A stretch of 64,000 nucleotides of DNA, taken from contig CM075987.1 in NCBI GenBank assembly GCA_038087875.1, positions 17,052,001 to 17,116,000 of the forward strand, read 5' to 3'. The notes under the pieces are model-generated. The model did no database searches. It saw nothing but the letters and a program-made list of their open reading frames with translations, and had not been told where the DNA came from. Source of the stretch: Malacoraja senta (lineage: Eukaryota). The translations under genes were made by a program, and so were the position numbers. Shown piece by piece: positions 1 through 13,919 of the stretch (the stretch's first letter is position 1; each line of letters opens with the position of its first letter).

Positions 1-358
1 CTTGGTTTCTTTCCACCGCGGAATTCACCTGGTGCAGGCCCCCATGGACCCCCTGGGCGAATACCCCGACCGTTTTGATGACATTTTGGGCAAACTGTGA
101 CTATAAAATCATTGTCGACCCGGTCGTTCGACCGGCCCACCGCGTCTCCTTCGCTATGAAGGGCCGCGTGGATCTACTCAGCGTGATATGGTGACCATGG
201 GCATCCTCAAGGAGGTGAGCGCTCCCACCAGGTGGGTCTCAAACATGGTTGTCGCTGCCAAGAAGGATAAGAGCGAGATCCGGATCTGCATTAACCCAAA
301 GGACCTGAACCTGGCCATCAAGCGCCCGCACTACCCCATGCGGACGGTGGAGGACGTG
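1..358 (+). pseudogene. Ty3/Gypsy reverse transcriptase N-terminal fragment
   Basis: Translates (with breaks) to GILKEVSAPTRWVSNMVVAAKKDKSEIRICINPKDLNLAIKRPHYPMRTVEDV, a typical Gypsy RT N-terminus; ends abruptly in a purine tract. Confidence 0.85.
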
Positions 359-1722
359 GGGTGAGGAGAGGGAGATGGAGAAGGGGAGGAGAGAGGGGTG
401 GGCGAGGGGGAGAGAGGTGTGGGGGAGGGGGGGAGGGAGGGAGAAGAGCGTGGAGGGAGGGGGGGGAGGGGTGGGGGGAGAGGGGAAATAGTGGGAGGGA
501 GAGTGGAAGGGGGAGGGGGAAGGGTAGGGACAGTCCATCTGTTCCCCATTCCCTATCACCCCCAATCCTCTTTCTCTATTCCCACACACGTGATGACGCG
601 CTTCGACACAGGCTGCGGGGTTGGGGGGGAGGGGATGGAGCTGGGGCTTCTGCAAAGTCTGCAAAGTCATATGTAAATGGATCCATTCCGATTGGACATC
701 TGTGAGCATTGGGCATTGTGACATCTCACGATGGAACCTTGACTAACATTCTATGGCTGGCTGAGAGCTGGTTTTTTTTAACATTTGGGGGTGGGGGGAG
801 GGGAGAAGGATTTTATTAAAACGTGTACATAAAAACGACGGAATTTAATCAGGAGTGGTTACTCGTAAAGAAAAGTGAAATCTCTAACGAAATGGAAATA
901 AATCTCGGCGTTTCTGCGTGCGGTGTTGGCGTAGCGAGGAATCAAATGCTGCTGGAAGAGAGCAGGTGGGGGAGAGGGAGGGGGAGGAGAGTGGGGAGTG
1001 GTAGGAGAGTGGGGAGGGCAGGAAGGGGGGAGAGGGGGGGAGGCGATGTTAGAGGTGGAGAGAGGGGATGAGGGGAAGGGAGAGGAGTAGGGGGAAGAGA
1101 GGGAGGGGAGGGAGGGGGAGAGGAGAGAGATGGGGAGGGAGAGTGGAAGTAGGAGGGGTAGGGACAGTCCATCTGTTCCCCATTCCCTATCACCCCCAAT
1201 CCTCTTTCTCTATTCCCACACACGTGACGACGCCCTTCGACACAGGCTGTGGGGGGGGAGGGGCTGGGCTGTGGCTGCTGCAAAGGCATATCTAATTGGA
1301 TCCATTCCGATTTGTCATCTTTGAGCATTGGCATTGTGACATCACAAAACGGAACCTTTATTAACATTCTATTGCTGAGAGCTGTGATTTTAACATTTTG
1401 AAATTTCCCCATTCCCTATCACCCCCACACACGTGACGATGCCCTTCAGAATCTTTACTAACATTCTATGGCTGAGCTGTTTTTTAAAACGTTTTGTAAT
1501 GTTTGGTGGGGGGGGGGGAGAAGTATTTTATTTTAAAAGGTGTACATAAACACGACCAAATTTAATCAGGAGTGGCTATTCGTAAAGATAATGTAATCTG
1601 TTTAGAAATGGAAAAAAATATCGGCTTTTCCGCGTGCTGTGTGGGCCTAGGGCTGTATCAAAGGGGAATTTTGATGCCGGACGGACGGCCGGACAGCCAC
1701 AGAGTTTTATATAATAGATAGA
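1..1722 (-). mobile_element. Non-autonomous Helitron-like element, 5' part (3' end outside window)
   Basis: Minus strand begins TCTATCTATTATATAAAACTCTG; shares ATAAAACTCTG and GATGTCACAATG with the complete Helitron at 39381-40131; internal module repeated at ~526, ~1161 and ~1405. Confidence 0.6.
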
Positions 1723-1758
<36 letters not shown>

Positions 1759-1949
1759 TCTATCTATTATAAAAATATATAGGGACAAAACATAGAAACA
1801 AGGCAAGAGGAGTCGGACTTCCATCACTGTGCTGCACAAATAAATTAATCAACCTTACCCTATGACAATAGAAACAAGACGAAAATAATGCCACATATTC
1901 AACCGTGTATATGGTCAATGAAATTAAGATATATATGTAAAACATATAT

Positions 1950-2221
1950 ATGGAAACAGGCCCTTCAGCCCACCAAGTCCACAGCAACCAGCAATCTACC
2001 ATACACCAGTTCTATCCGACACGTCAGGGACAATTTACAGAAGCCAATTAACCTACAAACCTGCACTTCTTTCAGATGTGGGAGAAGCCGGAATATCCAG
2101 AGAAAACCCATGTGGTCATAGGGAGAATGTACAAATTCTGTACAGACAGCACCCATAGTCAGGATCAAATCTGGGTCTGTGGTGCTTTAAGGCAGCAACT
2201 CGACTGCTGCGCCACCGTGCC
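1950..2221 (-). mobile_element. tRNA-derived SINE (HE1/V-SINE-like)
   Basis: Minus strand GGCACGGTGGCGCAGCAG head, degenerate B box, conserved core and CR1-like tail GGGCTGAAGGGCCTGTTTCC. Confidence 0.85.
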
Positions 2222-2344
2222 ATCCCATTAAATTCTTTTTACTGTAATATATTATAATGTCATGTCAATAAAGGTGAATACATAATTCTGATTTTGTTGG
2301 ATAACACACATCTCCAGTCATTGTATTTTAGGGCTGGTTTTCAA

Positions 2345-2482
2345 CCTCTTCAGTCTGAAGGTCTCGACCCGAAACGTCACCCATTCATTCTCTCCAGAGA
2401 TGCTGCCTGTACTGCTGAGATATTTCCAGCTTTTTGTGTCTATCTTCAGTTTAAACCAGCGCCTGCAGTTCCTTCCTACTCT
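2345..2482 (+). mobile_element. Penelope-like terminal repeat fragment
   Basis: GGTCTCGACCCGAAACGTCACCCATTC...GATGCTGCCTG motif shared with the GIY-YIG-linked copies at 46255-47420. Confidence 0.7.
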
Positions 2483-2759
2483 CTTTGTTAAGCAAAACAG
2501 GTCCTATTCTCATAATATTATTCACCTCCGTTGCTGCAGAGAATATAATCCCAGTTATCAAATCTTTCTTCAAAGTGAAAAAAAATTTCCAGCCCTGCCA
2601 ACATCTTCATAAATCGTCCCTGGATCCTCTCCAGAGCAATGTGTCATAGTCTTACAGCATGGAAACAGGCCCTTCATCCCAACTTGTCCACACAGATCAA
2701 GATGCCCCATCTAAACTAGTCCATTTATCCGCATTTGGCCCGTATCCCTTTAAATCTTG

Positions 2760-3096
2760 TGTGTGTAATGGTGTGTGTGTCAGTGTGTGTTAGATTGTGT
2801 GTGAGTGTGTATCAGTGAAGCGGTGACAACATCCGGAGTGAGCGGAGACTTGGCGATGTCCGGGGAGCGTCTCCCTCTCCCTCCCCCCCCCCCCCCCCCC
2901 GGGAATGCGTGCCCGCCCAGGTCCGGGGGAGGTGAGGGACAGTGACCCGGGGGTCGGACATCGGAGCGGAGCCTTAGCCCGAGATTCATCCCCGCAGCTC
3001 CGGAGGCGGCACTGACGCCCCCACTCATCCGATTCCCCAAAATCATCCCTCGGGCTGGGTTGGACCCCTTCGCGGGCCGGTAGTTTGACACCCCTG
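2760..3096. mobile_element. hAT-like DNA transposon, one end only
   Basis: Ends GCGGGCCGGTAGTTTGACACCCCTG (CAGGGGTGTCAAAC-type TIR) followed by CTTTAAAC; partner TIR not seen. Confidence 0.6.
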
Positions 3097-3297
3097 CTTT
3101 AAACCAATGCCCTCTAGTTCTTGAATCACATATCCTGGGAAAAAGACTGCATTCACCTTATATATTCCACTCATGTTTTTTTTTATCACCTCTAAAGCAA
3201 TTTTTGCTTTATTTTGAACTTCCAGCACCTGCAGATTTTGGTTCATGAATGTCAAATTGAATCATTAGTACTGCAGTTACATTTCCATTTTAAATGA

Positions 3298-3496
3298 TTA
3301 AGAAAGAACTGCAGATGCTGGAAAAATCGAAGGTAGACAAAAATGCTGGAGAGATTCAGCGGGTGAGGCAGCATCTATGGAGCGGTAGACAAAAATGCTG
3401 GAGAAATACTTGAGTCTGAAGAAGGATCTCCACCCGAAACGTCGCTCCATAGATGCTGCCTCACCCGCTGAGTTTCTCCAGCATTTTTGTCTACCT
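3298..3496. mobile_element. Penelope-derived fold-back fragment with hammerhead-like core
   Basis: GGTAGACAAAAATGCTGGAGA and its reverse complement flank CTGAAGAAGG...CCGAAACGTC (3416-3443). Confidence 0.7.
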
Positions 3497-3499
3497 TGG

Positions 3500-3765
3500 C
3501 ATTTAAATAGTGTGCGATGGGCTTAAGTCAATCAAATTGCTTGTTCTTTATGGGAAACCCGCCGACAGAAAACTGTTCTCATTGGTGAAAGTGGAGAAGG
3601 GCTGGAAGCCTTGGGCGAATTGAATTGTTCGTGACTTTATTTATTTATTTATTATTCTTATTTTATTTTAATTTTGAGCGTGAGAAATTCTGTGATCAGT
3701 CAGAGCGTGAGAATTTCGTGAAATGCGAGAGTCTCACGCTCGATGCGTGAGAGTTGGCAGCCCTG
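3500..3765. mobile_element. hAT-like transposon end
   Basis: Subterminal GCGTGAGA repeats, ending GAGTTGGCAGCCCTG. Confidence 0.55.
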
Positions 3766-4263
3766 TAAGAATAAAGCGTAGATTATTTTCTAAATGGAGA
3801 GAGAATCCAGAAATCGGAGGTGCAAAGGGACTTGGGAGTGCTGGTGTAGTATTCCCAAAAAGTTAATCTGCAAGTTGAATCAGCAGTAAGGAAGGCAAAT
3901 TCAATGCTAGCATTTATATCAAGAGAACTGGAATATAAAAACAGAGATGTAATGTTGAGGCTCTATAAGGCGCTGGTCAGGCTGCATTTGGAGTACTGTG
4001 AGCAAATTTGGGGCCCATATCTGAGAAAGGATGTGCTGGCTCTGGAGAGGGTCAGAGGAGGTTTACAAGAATTATTCCAAGAATCAGTGGGTTAGCATAT
4101 GATGAGCATTTGACGGCACTGGGCCTGTACACGCTGGAGTTTAGAAGGTTGAGGGGTTCCTCATTGAAACTTACAGAATAGTGAAATGCATAGATAGAGT
4201 GGATGTGGAAAGGATGTTTCCACTGGCGGGAGAGTCTAGGACCAGAGGTCATGGCCTCAGAAT
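3766..4263 (+). mobile_element. CR1 LINE ORF2 fragment
   Basis: LYKALVRLHLEYC motif. Confidence 0.9.
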
Positions 4264-4264
4264 G

Positions 4265-5487
4265 AGACAATAGGTGCAGGAGTAGGCCATTCAGCCCTTC
4301 GAGCCAGCACCGCCATCCACTTTGATCATGGCTGATCATCCACAATCGGTATCCTGTTCCTGCCTTCTACCCATATCCCCTGACTCCGCTATCTTTAAGA
4401 ACTTTATCTAACTCTCTCTTGAAAGCATCCAGAGAATTGGCCCCACTGCCTTCCGAGGCAGAGAATTCCACAGATTCACAACTCTCTGTGTGAAAAAGGT
4501 TTTCCTCATCTCCGTTCTAAATGGCTTACCACTTATTCTTAAACTGTGGCCCCTGGTTCTGGACTCTCCCAACATCGGGAACGTGTTTCCTGCCTCTAGC
4601 GTGTAAAAAACCTTAATAATCTTATATGTTTCAATAAGATGCCCTCTCATCCTTCAAAATTCCAGAGTGTACAAGCCCAGCAGCTCCATTCTATCAACAT
4701 ATGACAGTCCCGCCATCCCGGATATTAACCTCGTGAACCTACACTGCACTCCCTCAATAGCAAGAATGTCCTTCGTTAAATTTGGAGACCAAAACCGCAC
4801 ACAATACTCCAGGTGTGGTCTCACTAGGGCCCTGTACAACTGCAGAAGGACCTATTTGCTCCTATACTCAACTCCTCTTGTTATGAAGGCCAACATGCCA
4901 TTCGCTTTCTTCACTGCCTGCTGTACCTGCATGCTTACGTTCGGTGACTGATGAACAAGAACCCCCCGATCTCGTTGTACTTCCCCTTTTCCCAACTTGA
5001 CACATTCAGATAATAATCTGCCTTCCTGTATTTGCCATCAAAGTGGATAACCTCACATTAAACTGCATCTGCCATGTATCTGCCCACTCACACAACCTGT
5101 CCAAGTCACCCTGCATCCTCATAGCATCCTCCTCACAGTTCACACTGCCACCCAACTTTGTGCCATCTGCAAATTTTCTAATGTTTACTTTTAATCCCTT
5201 CATCTAAATCATTAATGTATATTGCAAAATAGCTGCGGTCCCAGCACCGAGCCTTGTGGTGCCCCACTAGTCACTGCCTGCCATTCTGAAAGGGACCCGT
5301 TAATCCCTACTCTTTGTTTCCTATCTGCCAACCAATTTTCTATCAATGTCAGTACCCTATCCCCAATATCATGTGCTCTAATTTTGCCCACTAATCTCCT
5401 ATGTGGGACTTTATCAAATGCTTTCTTAAGTCTAGGTACACTACATCCACTGGCTCTCGCTTGTCCATATTCCTAGTTAAGTCCTCA
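4265..5487 (-). mobile_element. CR1 LINE 3' portion
   Basis: [19 protein letters not shown] and FFTQRVVNLWNSLP motifs plus the conserved 3' UTR. Confidence 0.9.
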
Positions 5488-6213
5488 ATTAAAGGGCATT
5501 CTTTTAGAAAGGAGCTGAGGAAGAACTTCTTTAGTCAGAGGGTAGGTAATCTGTGGGAATCATTTCTACAGAGGGCTGTGGAGGCCGAGACAGTGGATAT
5601 TTTTAAGGCAGAGATTAGCGAATTCTTGATTCGAACGAGTATCAAGGGTTATGAGGAGAAGGGGATTATGAGGAAAATGGGATTATGAGGCAGAGATCAG
5701 CCATGATTGAATGGTGGAATAGACCCGATGGGCCGAATGGCTTCATTCTACCCCTGTAACTTGTGAACTTGTTTATCTGACCGGTGGTTGGTAAGATTTT
5801 AGAGTCCATGTAAAGGATGAGACTACGGAGTACTTAGAAGTATGCGATAAAATATGCCGAATTCAGCATGGCTTTGTGAAGAGAGATCTTGCCTGATGAA
5901 TCTGCTGGAATTATTTGAAAAAGTAAATAGCAGGACAGGCAGTGGATGTTGTTTACCTGGATTGTCGGAAGGCCTTTGATAAGATGCCACACGTGAGGCT
6001 GCTAAGGGAGATGAGAGCCCACGGTATCAAAGGGAAGATACTAGCATGGATAGCAAGTTGGCTGGATGGCAGAAGACAAGAGTGGCAATAAAGGGGATTT
6101 TTCTGGTTGGCTGCCAGTGACTAGCGGAGTTCTGTAGGGGTCGGTGCTGGGGCCGCTACTCTTCACGTTGTATATTAATGATTTGGACGAGGGGGTTGAA
6201 GGCTTTGTGGCCA

Positions 6214-8532
6214 CACTTCAGTGTTTTTAACACCAGCCTACAGACCTCTGCAGAAACAAACTAGAGCAGAGAGAAAACATACCAGGGTCTGGCCAGAGGG
6301 AGCAGCCTCAGCACTGCAGGATTGCTTCCTGCACATTGACTGGGATGTGTTCAGGACAGCGGCATCCTATGATGACCTCATCAACATCGAGGTGTACGCA
6401 GAGACTGTAACCAGCTACATTGCCAAGTGCACCGAGGATGTCACTATCATGAAAACCTTCACTGCACGTGGAAACAAAAAGCTATGGATGACAGCAGAGG
6501 TGCGCTCGCTGCTGAGGGCTCGTGATGCAGCCTACAGAGCCGGTAACAGAGCCGCTCTTCGATCTAGCAGGACTGCACTGGAAAAAGGAATCAGGGCAGC
6601 GAAACGTGCCTACGCGGGGAAAATCCAGGGACACCTCTGTGACACAGGAGACACCAGGAGGAAGTGGAAGGGAATCCAAACACTGACGGGGTACAAGGCA
6701 AGGCAGCAGGTAACTGACACGGATTCTTCTCTCCCAGATGAACTGAACAACTTCTTCGCTCGTTTTGATGCAGCAAACACCACACCCAAGGGGAGAGCCA
6801 GCCCTGCTTACAAACCGACCAGCCAGTCCTGACCATAGAACGATGGACACACGGAGAATCCTGTCTAAGGTCAACCCGTGGAAAGCAGTCGGACCCGATA
6901 ACATCCCAGGACGTGTGCTTAAGGAATGTGCTGAGGACGTTAGCATATGTGCTAACAGACATCTATAACATCTCCCTCAGTCAAGCCATTGTCCCCACAT
7001 GCCTCAAAACGTCTACAATAATCCCCATAGCGAAGAAACCAGTTGTGCCTGCCTAAATGACTACCGCCCTGTCGCCCTGACCCGAATAATAATGAAGTGT
7101 TTTGAACGCCTGGTGAAACCCCACATTACTGCCAGCCTCCCCTCATCGTTAGACCCACTCCAGTTTGCCTATCGCCCCAACCGTTCCACAGAGGATGCCA
7201 TCTCTACCACGCTGCACACAGTACTCACGCATCTGGAAAACAGAAACACATACGCCAGAATCCTGTACATTGACTTCAGCTCAGCGTTCAACACCATCAT
7301 CCCACAGAGACTTGTGGAGAAACTAACCCTGCTGGGCCTCAACACCACCCTGTGTCACTGGATCTTGGACTTTCTGACAGAGAGACCGCAGTCAGTCCGT
7401 GTTGGCAAGAACACTTCAGGCTCGATCACGCTGAGCACCGGCTCACCTCAAGGCTGTGTGCTCAGCCCGCTGTTGTTCACATTGCTCACACATGACTGTG
7501 CTGCCAGATTCAGGGACAATAAGATCATAAAATTCGTGGATGACACAACAGTGGTGGAACTCATCAGCGGAGATGATGAATCAATGTACAGGGAGAAAGT
7601 AAAACAACTAGTGGACTGGTGCGGCAAAAATAATCTAGAATTAAATGTCGACAAAACAAAGGAGATGGTTGTCGACTTCAGGAGGGCGCAGCCAAAGCAT
7701 ACATCCCTTAACATCAGAGGCGCCACAGTGGAGAGAGTGGAGAGCATAAAGTTCCTCGGGGTGCAAATTACAGACAGCCTCACCTGGTCCAGGAACACCA
7801 CTGGGACCGTCAAACGGGCCCATCTGCGACTGCACTTCCTGAGGAAACTAAAACAGGCCTCACTCCCCACCAACATCCTCAGGACTTTCTACAGGGGTAC
7901 GGTGGAGTCTGTACTCACGTACTGCATAAATACGTGGTACTCCACCTGCAACTGCTCAGACAGGAAGGCTCTGCAGAGGGTAGTGAGGGGAGCAGAGAGG
8001 ATCATTGGCATCTCCCTACCCTCGGTACAAGAACTGTTCCAGAGCCGCTGTCTGAAAAAAGCTCAGAGAATTGCTAAGGACAAACTGCACCCCCTCCACA
8101 CACACCTGGATCTCCTGCCATCAGGCAAGAGATATTGCAGCATCAAAGCCTGGACTACAAGACTGCTAAACAGCTTCCTGCCATATGCTGTGAGGCTGCT
8201 AAACAGCCACTCTGTACTCAGTCACCTGATTCTGCGGCTTGGCACGGACACTTTAATAACTGGCACTGGCCACTTCAATAACTGGCACTGGCCACTCACA
8301 TCAGCTGCCCCGGACATGTTTATGATTGGTTTTACTGTATTTTAACGTTGTTTTTACCTACTTTTTAACTATTTATACTGTTCCATCAGGGACTGGATTG
8401 TTTTTAGTGTTATGTGTGAAATGTTTTAAATTTCATGTGCAATGCTCCGGTATTCCCTGGGAAACGTCTTTTCATTTTGCACTGTACAACTGTTGCTTGC
8501 AAGATGACAATAAAGGTTGATTGATTGATTGA
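6214..8532 (+). mobile_element. Rex1/Babar-type LINE, 5'-truncated, frameshifted RT
   Basis: [49 protein letters not shown] and KFVDDTT motifs; AATAAA then (GATT)n tail. Confidence 0.92.
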
Positions 8533-8678
8533 AGTTTGCGGATGATACGAAAATAGGTGGAAGAGCAGGTAGTGTAGAGAACGCAGGGACTCTAGAAGGA
8601 CTTGGACAGGTTGGTAGATGGAATATAGTGTAGCAAAGTGTGGAGTCATGCATTTTGGTAGTAGGAATAAAGGTATAG

Positions 8679-8962
8679 TGTGGCGTCAGCTAATACACAG
8701 ACCATTTATGGTCGAACCCTCGTCAGTAGCTACGAGGGCTGGCACGTGACGTCACGGCCTAGGGGAGTGTCCTGCTACTTAAGCTTATCTCACCTTGAGA
8801 TCCAGGCAGTCCACAGTAGCTGAGCCCGAGAGAACAACCTCGCTCAGCTACAGCAGCAATGATAATTACGTTAGCGGATTAACTTAACATGTAACACCTG
8901 AATAAACTATCGTTTGAACCTGCCCGAAGTCTGGCCTTATTCACCACGTTTGCTGCGCTACA
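8679..8962 (+). mobile_element. Solo LTR (284 bp)
   Basis: TGTGGCG...CGCTACA termini, 4-bp TSD ATAG (8675-8678, 8963-8966), AATAAA at 8901; interrupts a contiguous CR1. Confidence 0.85.
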
Positions 8963-9540
8963 ATAGATTATTTTCTAAATGGAGAGAGAATCCAAAACTG
9001 GAGGTGCAAAGGGACTTGGGAGTCCTGGTGCAGGATTCCCACAAAGTTTATCTGTAAGTCGAATCGTAGTGAAGAAAGCAAACTCAATGCTAGCATTTAT
9101 TTCAAGAGGGCTGTAATGCTGAGGTGTATAACACAGGGTGTAATGCTGAGACTCTATAAGGCGCTGGTCAGGCTGTATTTGGAGTATTGTGAGCAATTTT
9201 TGGCACCATATCTGAGGAAGGATGTGCTGGCTCTGGAGCGGATCCAAGGGAAGTTTACAAGAATGATCCCAGGAATGAGTAGGTTAACATATGATAAGCG
9301 GTTGACTGTACTGGACTTGTACTCATAGAAACATAGAAAATAGGTGCAGGAGTAGGCCATTCTGCCCCTCGAGCCATCACTACCATTCAATATGATCATG
9401 GCTGATCATCCAGAATCAGTACCCTGCTCCTGCTTTCTCCCATATGCCAACATTCCGTTAGCCCTAAGAGCTATATCCAATTCTCTCTTGAATACCAGTG
9501 AATTGGCATCCATTGCCTTCTGTGGCAGAGAATTCCATGA

Positions 9541-12500
9541 TTCTCCACACCACCCTGGCCACGCACTCATTTCACCATTGCCATCGGGAAGAAGGTACAG
9601 GAGCCTGAAAACTGTAACGTCCAGGTTCAGGAGCAGCTTCTTCCCTACAGCCATCCCTAAGAATAAACATTTAAACCTCAAATAAGCTCAGAACTACAAT
9701 TGACTATTATTGTAGTGTATATATGGTGTGTGTGTGTGTGTGTGATATGTTACATATATGTGTATATATATATATATGTATTTGTATATATGTATTTGTA
9801 TATATGTATTTGTATATATGTATTTGTATATATATATGTATTTGTATATATATATGTATTTGTATATATATATGTATTGTATATATATAGTATTTGTATA
9901 TATATATGTATTTGTATATATAGGTATTTGTATATATATATGTATTTGATATATATATATGTATTTGTATATATATATGTATTTGTATATATATATGTAT
10001 TTGTATATATATATGTATTGTATATATATATGTATTTGTATATATAATATGTATTATATATATGTATTTGTAAATATATATGTATTTGTATATATATATG
10101 TATTTGTATATATATATGTATTTGTATATATATATGTATTTGTATATATATATGTATTTGTATATATATATGTATTTGTATATATATATGTATTTGTATA
10201 TATATATGTATTTGTATATATATATGTATTTGTAATATATATGTATTTGTATATAGTATGTATTTGTATATATATATGTATTTGTATATATATATGTATT
10301 TGTATATATATATGTATTTGTTTATATATATGTATTTGTATATATATATGTATTTGTATATATATTTGTATTTGTATATATATATGTATTTGTATATATA
10401 TATGTATTTGTATATATATATGTATTTGTATATATATAATGTATTGTATATATATATGTATTTGTATATATATATGTATTTGTATATATATATGTATTTG
10501 TATATATGATATGTATTTTGTATATATATATGTATTTGTATATATATATGTATTTGTATATATATATGTATTTGTTAATATATGTATTGTATATATATAT
10601 GTATTTGTATATATATATGTATTTGTATATATATATGTATTTGTATATATATATGTATTGTATATATATATGTATTTGTATATATATATGTATTTGTATA
10701 TATATATGTATTTGTATATATATATGTATTTGTATATATATATGTATTTGTACTACTATATATGTATTTGTATACTATATTCTTTGTATATAATGTATGT
10801 ATATATATATGTATTTGTATATATATATGTATTTGTATATATATATGTATTTGTATATATATATGTATTTGTAAATCTATATGTATTTGTATATATATGT
10901 ATTTGTATATTATAGTATTTGTATATATATATGTATTTTGTATATATATATGTACTTTGTATATATATATGTATTTGTATATATATATGTATTTGTATAT
11001 ATATATGTATTTGTATATATATATGTATTTGTACTATATATATGTATTTGTAATATATATATGTATTTGTATATATATATGTATTTGTATATATATAGTA
11101 TTTGTATACTATATATGTATTTGTATATATATATGTATTTGTATATATATATGTATTTGTATTATATATGTATTTGTATATATATATGTATTTGTATATT
11201 ATAGATGTATATTATGTATTTGTATATATATATGTATTTGATATATATATATGTATTTGTATATATATATGTATTTGTATATATATATATGTATTTGTAT
11301 ATATATATATGTATTTGTATATATATATATGTATTTGTATATACTATATATGTATTTATATTATATATATATTATGTATTTGTATATATATATATATGTA
11401 TTTGTATATATATATATATGTATTTGTATATATATATATGATTTGTATATATATATATGTATTTGTATATATATAATATGTATTTGTATATATATATATG
11501 TATTTGTATATATATATATGTATTTGTATATATATATATGTATTTGTATATATATATATGTATTTAATATATATATGTATTGAATACTATATATGTATTT
11601 GTATATATATATATGTATTTGTATATATATATATGTATTTGTTATATATATATGTATTTGTATATATATATATGTATTTGTATATATATATATGTATTTG
11701 TATATATATATATGTATTTGTCTATACTATATTCATGTATTTGTATATTATATATGTATTTGTATATATATATATGTATTTGTATATATATATATGTATT
11801 GGTATATAGTTATATATGTATTTGTATATATATATATATGTATTTGTATATATATATATATGTATTTGTATATAATATATATGTATTTGTATATATATAT
11901 ATATGTATTTGTATATATATATATATGTATTTGTATATATATATATATGTATTTGTATATATATATATATGTATTTGTATATATATATATATGTATTTGT
12001 ATATATATTATATGTATTTGTATATATATATATATGTATTTGTATATATATATATATGTATTTGTATATATATATATGTATTTGTATATATATATATATA
12101 TGTATTTGTATATATATATATATGTATTTGTATAATATATATATATGTATTTGTACTATATATATATATATGTATTTGTATATACTATATATATGTATTT
12201 GTATTATATATATATGTATTTGTATAGATATACTATGTATTGTATAATATATATATGTATTTGTATATATATAATGTATTGTATATAATATATGTATTTG
12301 TATATATATGTATTTGTATATATATGTATGTGTATATATATGTATGTATATATATGTATTGTATATATATGTATGTGTATATATATTGTATATATGTAGT
12401 ATATATATGTATGTGTATATATATGTATGTGTATATATATGTATGTGTATATATATGTATGTGTATATATATGTATGTGTATATATATGTATGTGTATAT

Positions 12501-13440
12501 ACTATGTATGTGTATATATATGTATGTGTATATATATGTATGTGTATATATATGTATGTGTATAATTTATATATGTATATGTGTATATATATATGTATGT
12601 GTATATATATGTATGTGTATATATATGTATGTGTATATATATGTATGTGTATATATATGTATGTGTATATATATGTATGTGTATATATATGTATGTGTAT
12701 ATATATGTATGTGTATATATATGTATGTGTATATATATGTATGTGTATATATATGTATGTGTATATATGTATGTGTATGTGTATGTATATGTATGTGTAT
12801 GTGTATGTATGTGTATGTATATGTATGTGTATGTATGTGTATGTGTATGTATGTGTATGTGTATGTATATGTATATGTATGTGTATGTGTATGTATATGT
12901 ATGTGTATGTATATGTATGTGTATGTATGTGTATGTGTATGTGTGTGTATGTGTGTGTATGTATATGTATGTGTATGTATATGTGTATGTATGTGTATGT
13001 ATATGTATGTGTATGTATATGTATGTGTATGTATATGTGTATGTATATGTGTATGTATGTGTATGTATGTGTATGTATGTGTATGTATGTGTATGTATGT
13101 GTATGTATGTGTATGTATGTGTATGTATGTGTATGTATGTGTATGTGTATGTATGTATGTGTATGTGTATGTATGTATGTATGTGTATGTGTATGTATGT
13201 ATGTGTATGTATGTATGTGTATGTGTATATTTTTATATATATTTTGTATATGTATATATGTGTGTATATCTATATATATCTATATATATACACACACACA
13301 CACAGACACAGACCTTTTTTTTCCTCTTTCGTTTATTATATTGTTTACAGTGTACTATGTTTACATATTCTGTTGTGCTGCAGCAAGTAAGAATTTCATT
13401 GTTCTATCTGGGACATATGACAATAAAACACTCTTGACTC
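9541..13440 (+). mobile_element. Rex1-type LINE 3' end whose UTR hosts the giant microsatellite
   Basis: HPGHALISPLPSGRRYRSL motif at left, AATAAAACACTCTTGACTC tail at right; splits a minus-strand CR1 3' end. Confidence 0.75.
9725..13310. repeat. ~3.6-kb compound TA/TG microsatellite
   Basis: GTATTT-GT(AT)n units of 18, then 20, then 22 nt, a 16-nt GTATGTGTATATATAT zone, then GTAT/GTATGT mixtures. Confidence 0.98.
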
Positions 13441-13809
13441 ATGAGATTCACTACTTTTTGGTTGAAAAGGTTTTTCATCAACTCAGTCCTAAATGGCCTA
13501 CCCCTTATTCTTAAACTGTGGCCCCTGGTTCTGCACTCCCCCAACATCGGGAACATTTTCACTGCGCCTAGCCTGTCCAAACCCTTAAGAATTGTAAATG
13601 TTTCTATAAAATCACCTCAGCGTTCTAAATTCCTGTGAATATCGCTGGAATTTAGGATGAGGGGGAACTCATTGAAACTTTCCGAAGCAAGTACACTTAA
13701 GTACACTCCAGCATTCAATCATGGCAAAGACCAGCCATGATTGAATGGCGGAGTACACTCGATGGGCCGAATGGCCTAATTCTAGGCAATTCTGGATTTA
13801 GTGTTATGT

Positions 13810-13919
13810 TGTGGCGCCACAGATATATATATATATATCTGGGAGAACCTTCCCCAGTCGCGTGTGAGCTGTTTAACACCATAAAGATCACTTTGTTTCA
13901 CAACACATGTCTCGCTATA
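13810..13919 (+). mobile_element. 110-bp miniature solo LTR
   Basis: TGTGGCG...CGCTATA termini, TSD ATGT on both sides; removing it restores CR1 AILDLVLCNEPDL. Confidence 0.7.

Larger units (their letters stand above)
5770..9325 (+). mobile_element. Degenerate CR1 interrupted by a Rex1 LINE and a solo LTR
   Basis: GGCTTTGTGGCCA (6213) rejoins AGTTTGCGGATGATAC (8533) to restore FVAKFADDT. Confidence 0.85.

Noticed and set aside
239..1412. Pro-rich and Gly/Arg-rich ORFs
   Set aside because: Low-complexity purine/pyrimidine tracts inside a transposon
9700..13514. Many long ORFs rich in Y/I/C/M/V
   Set aside because: Translations of a stop-poor microsatellite in all frames
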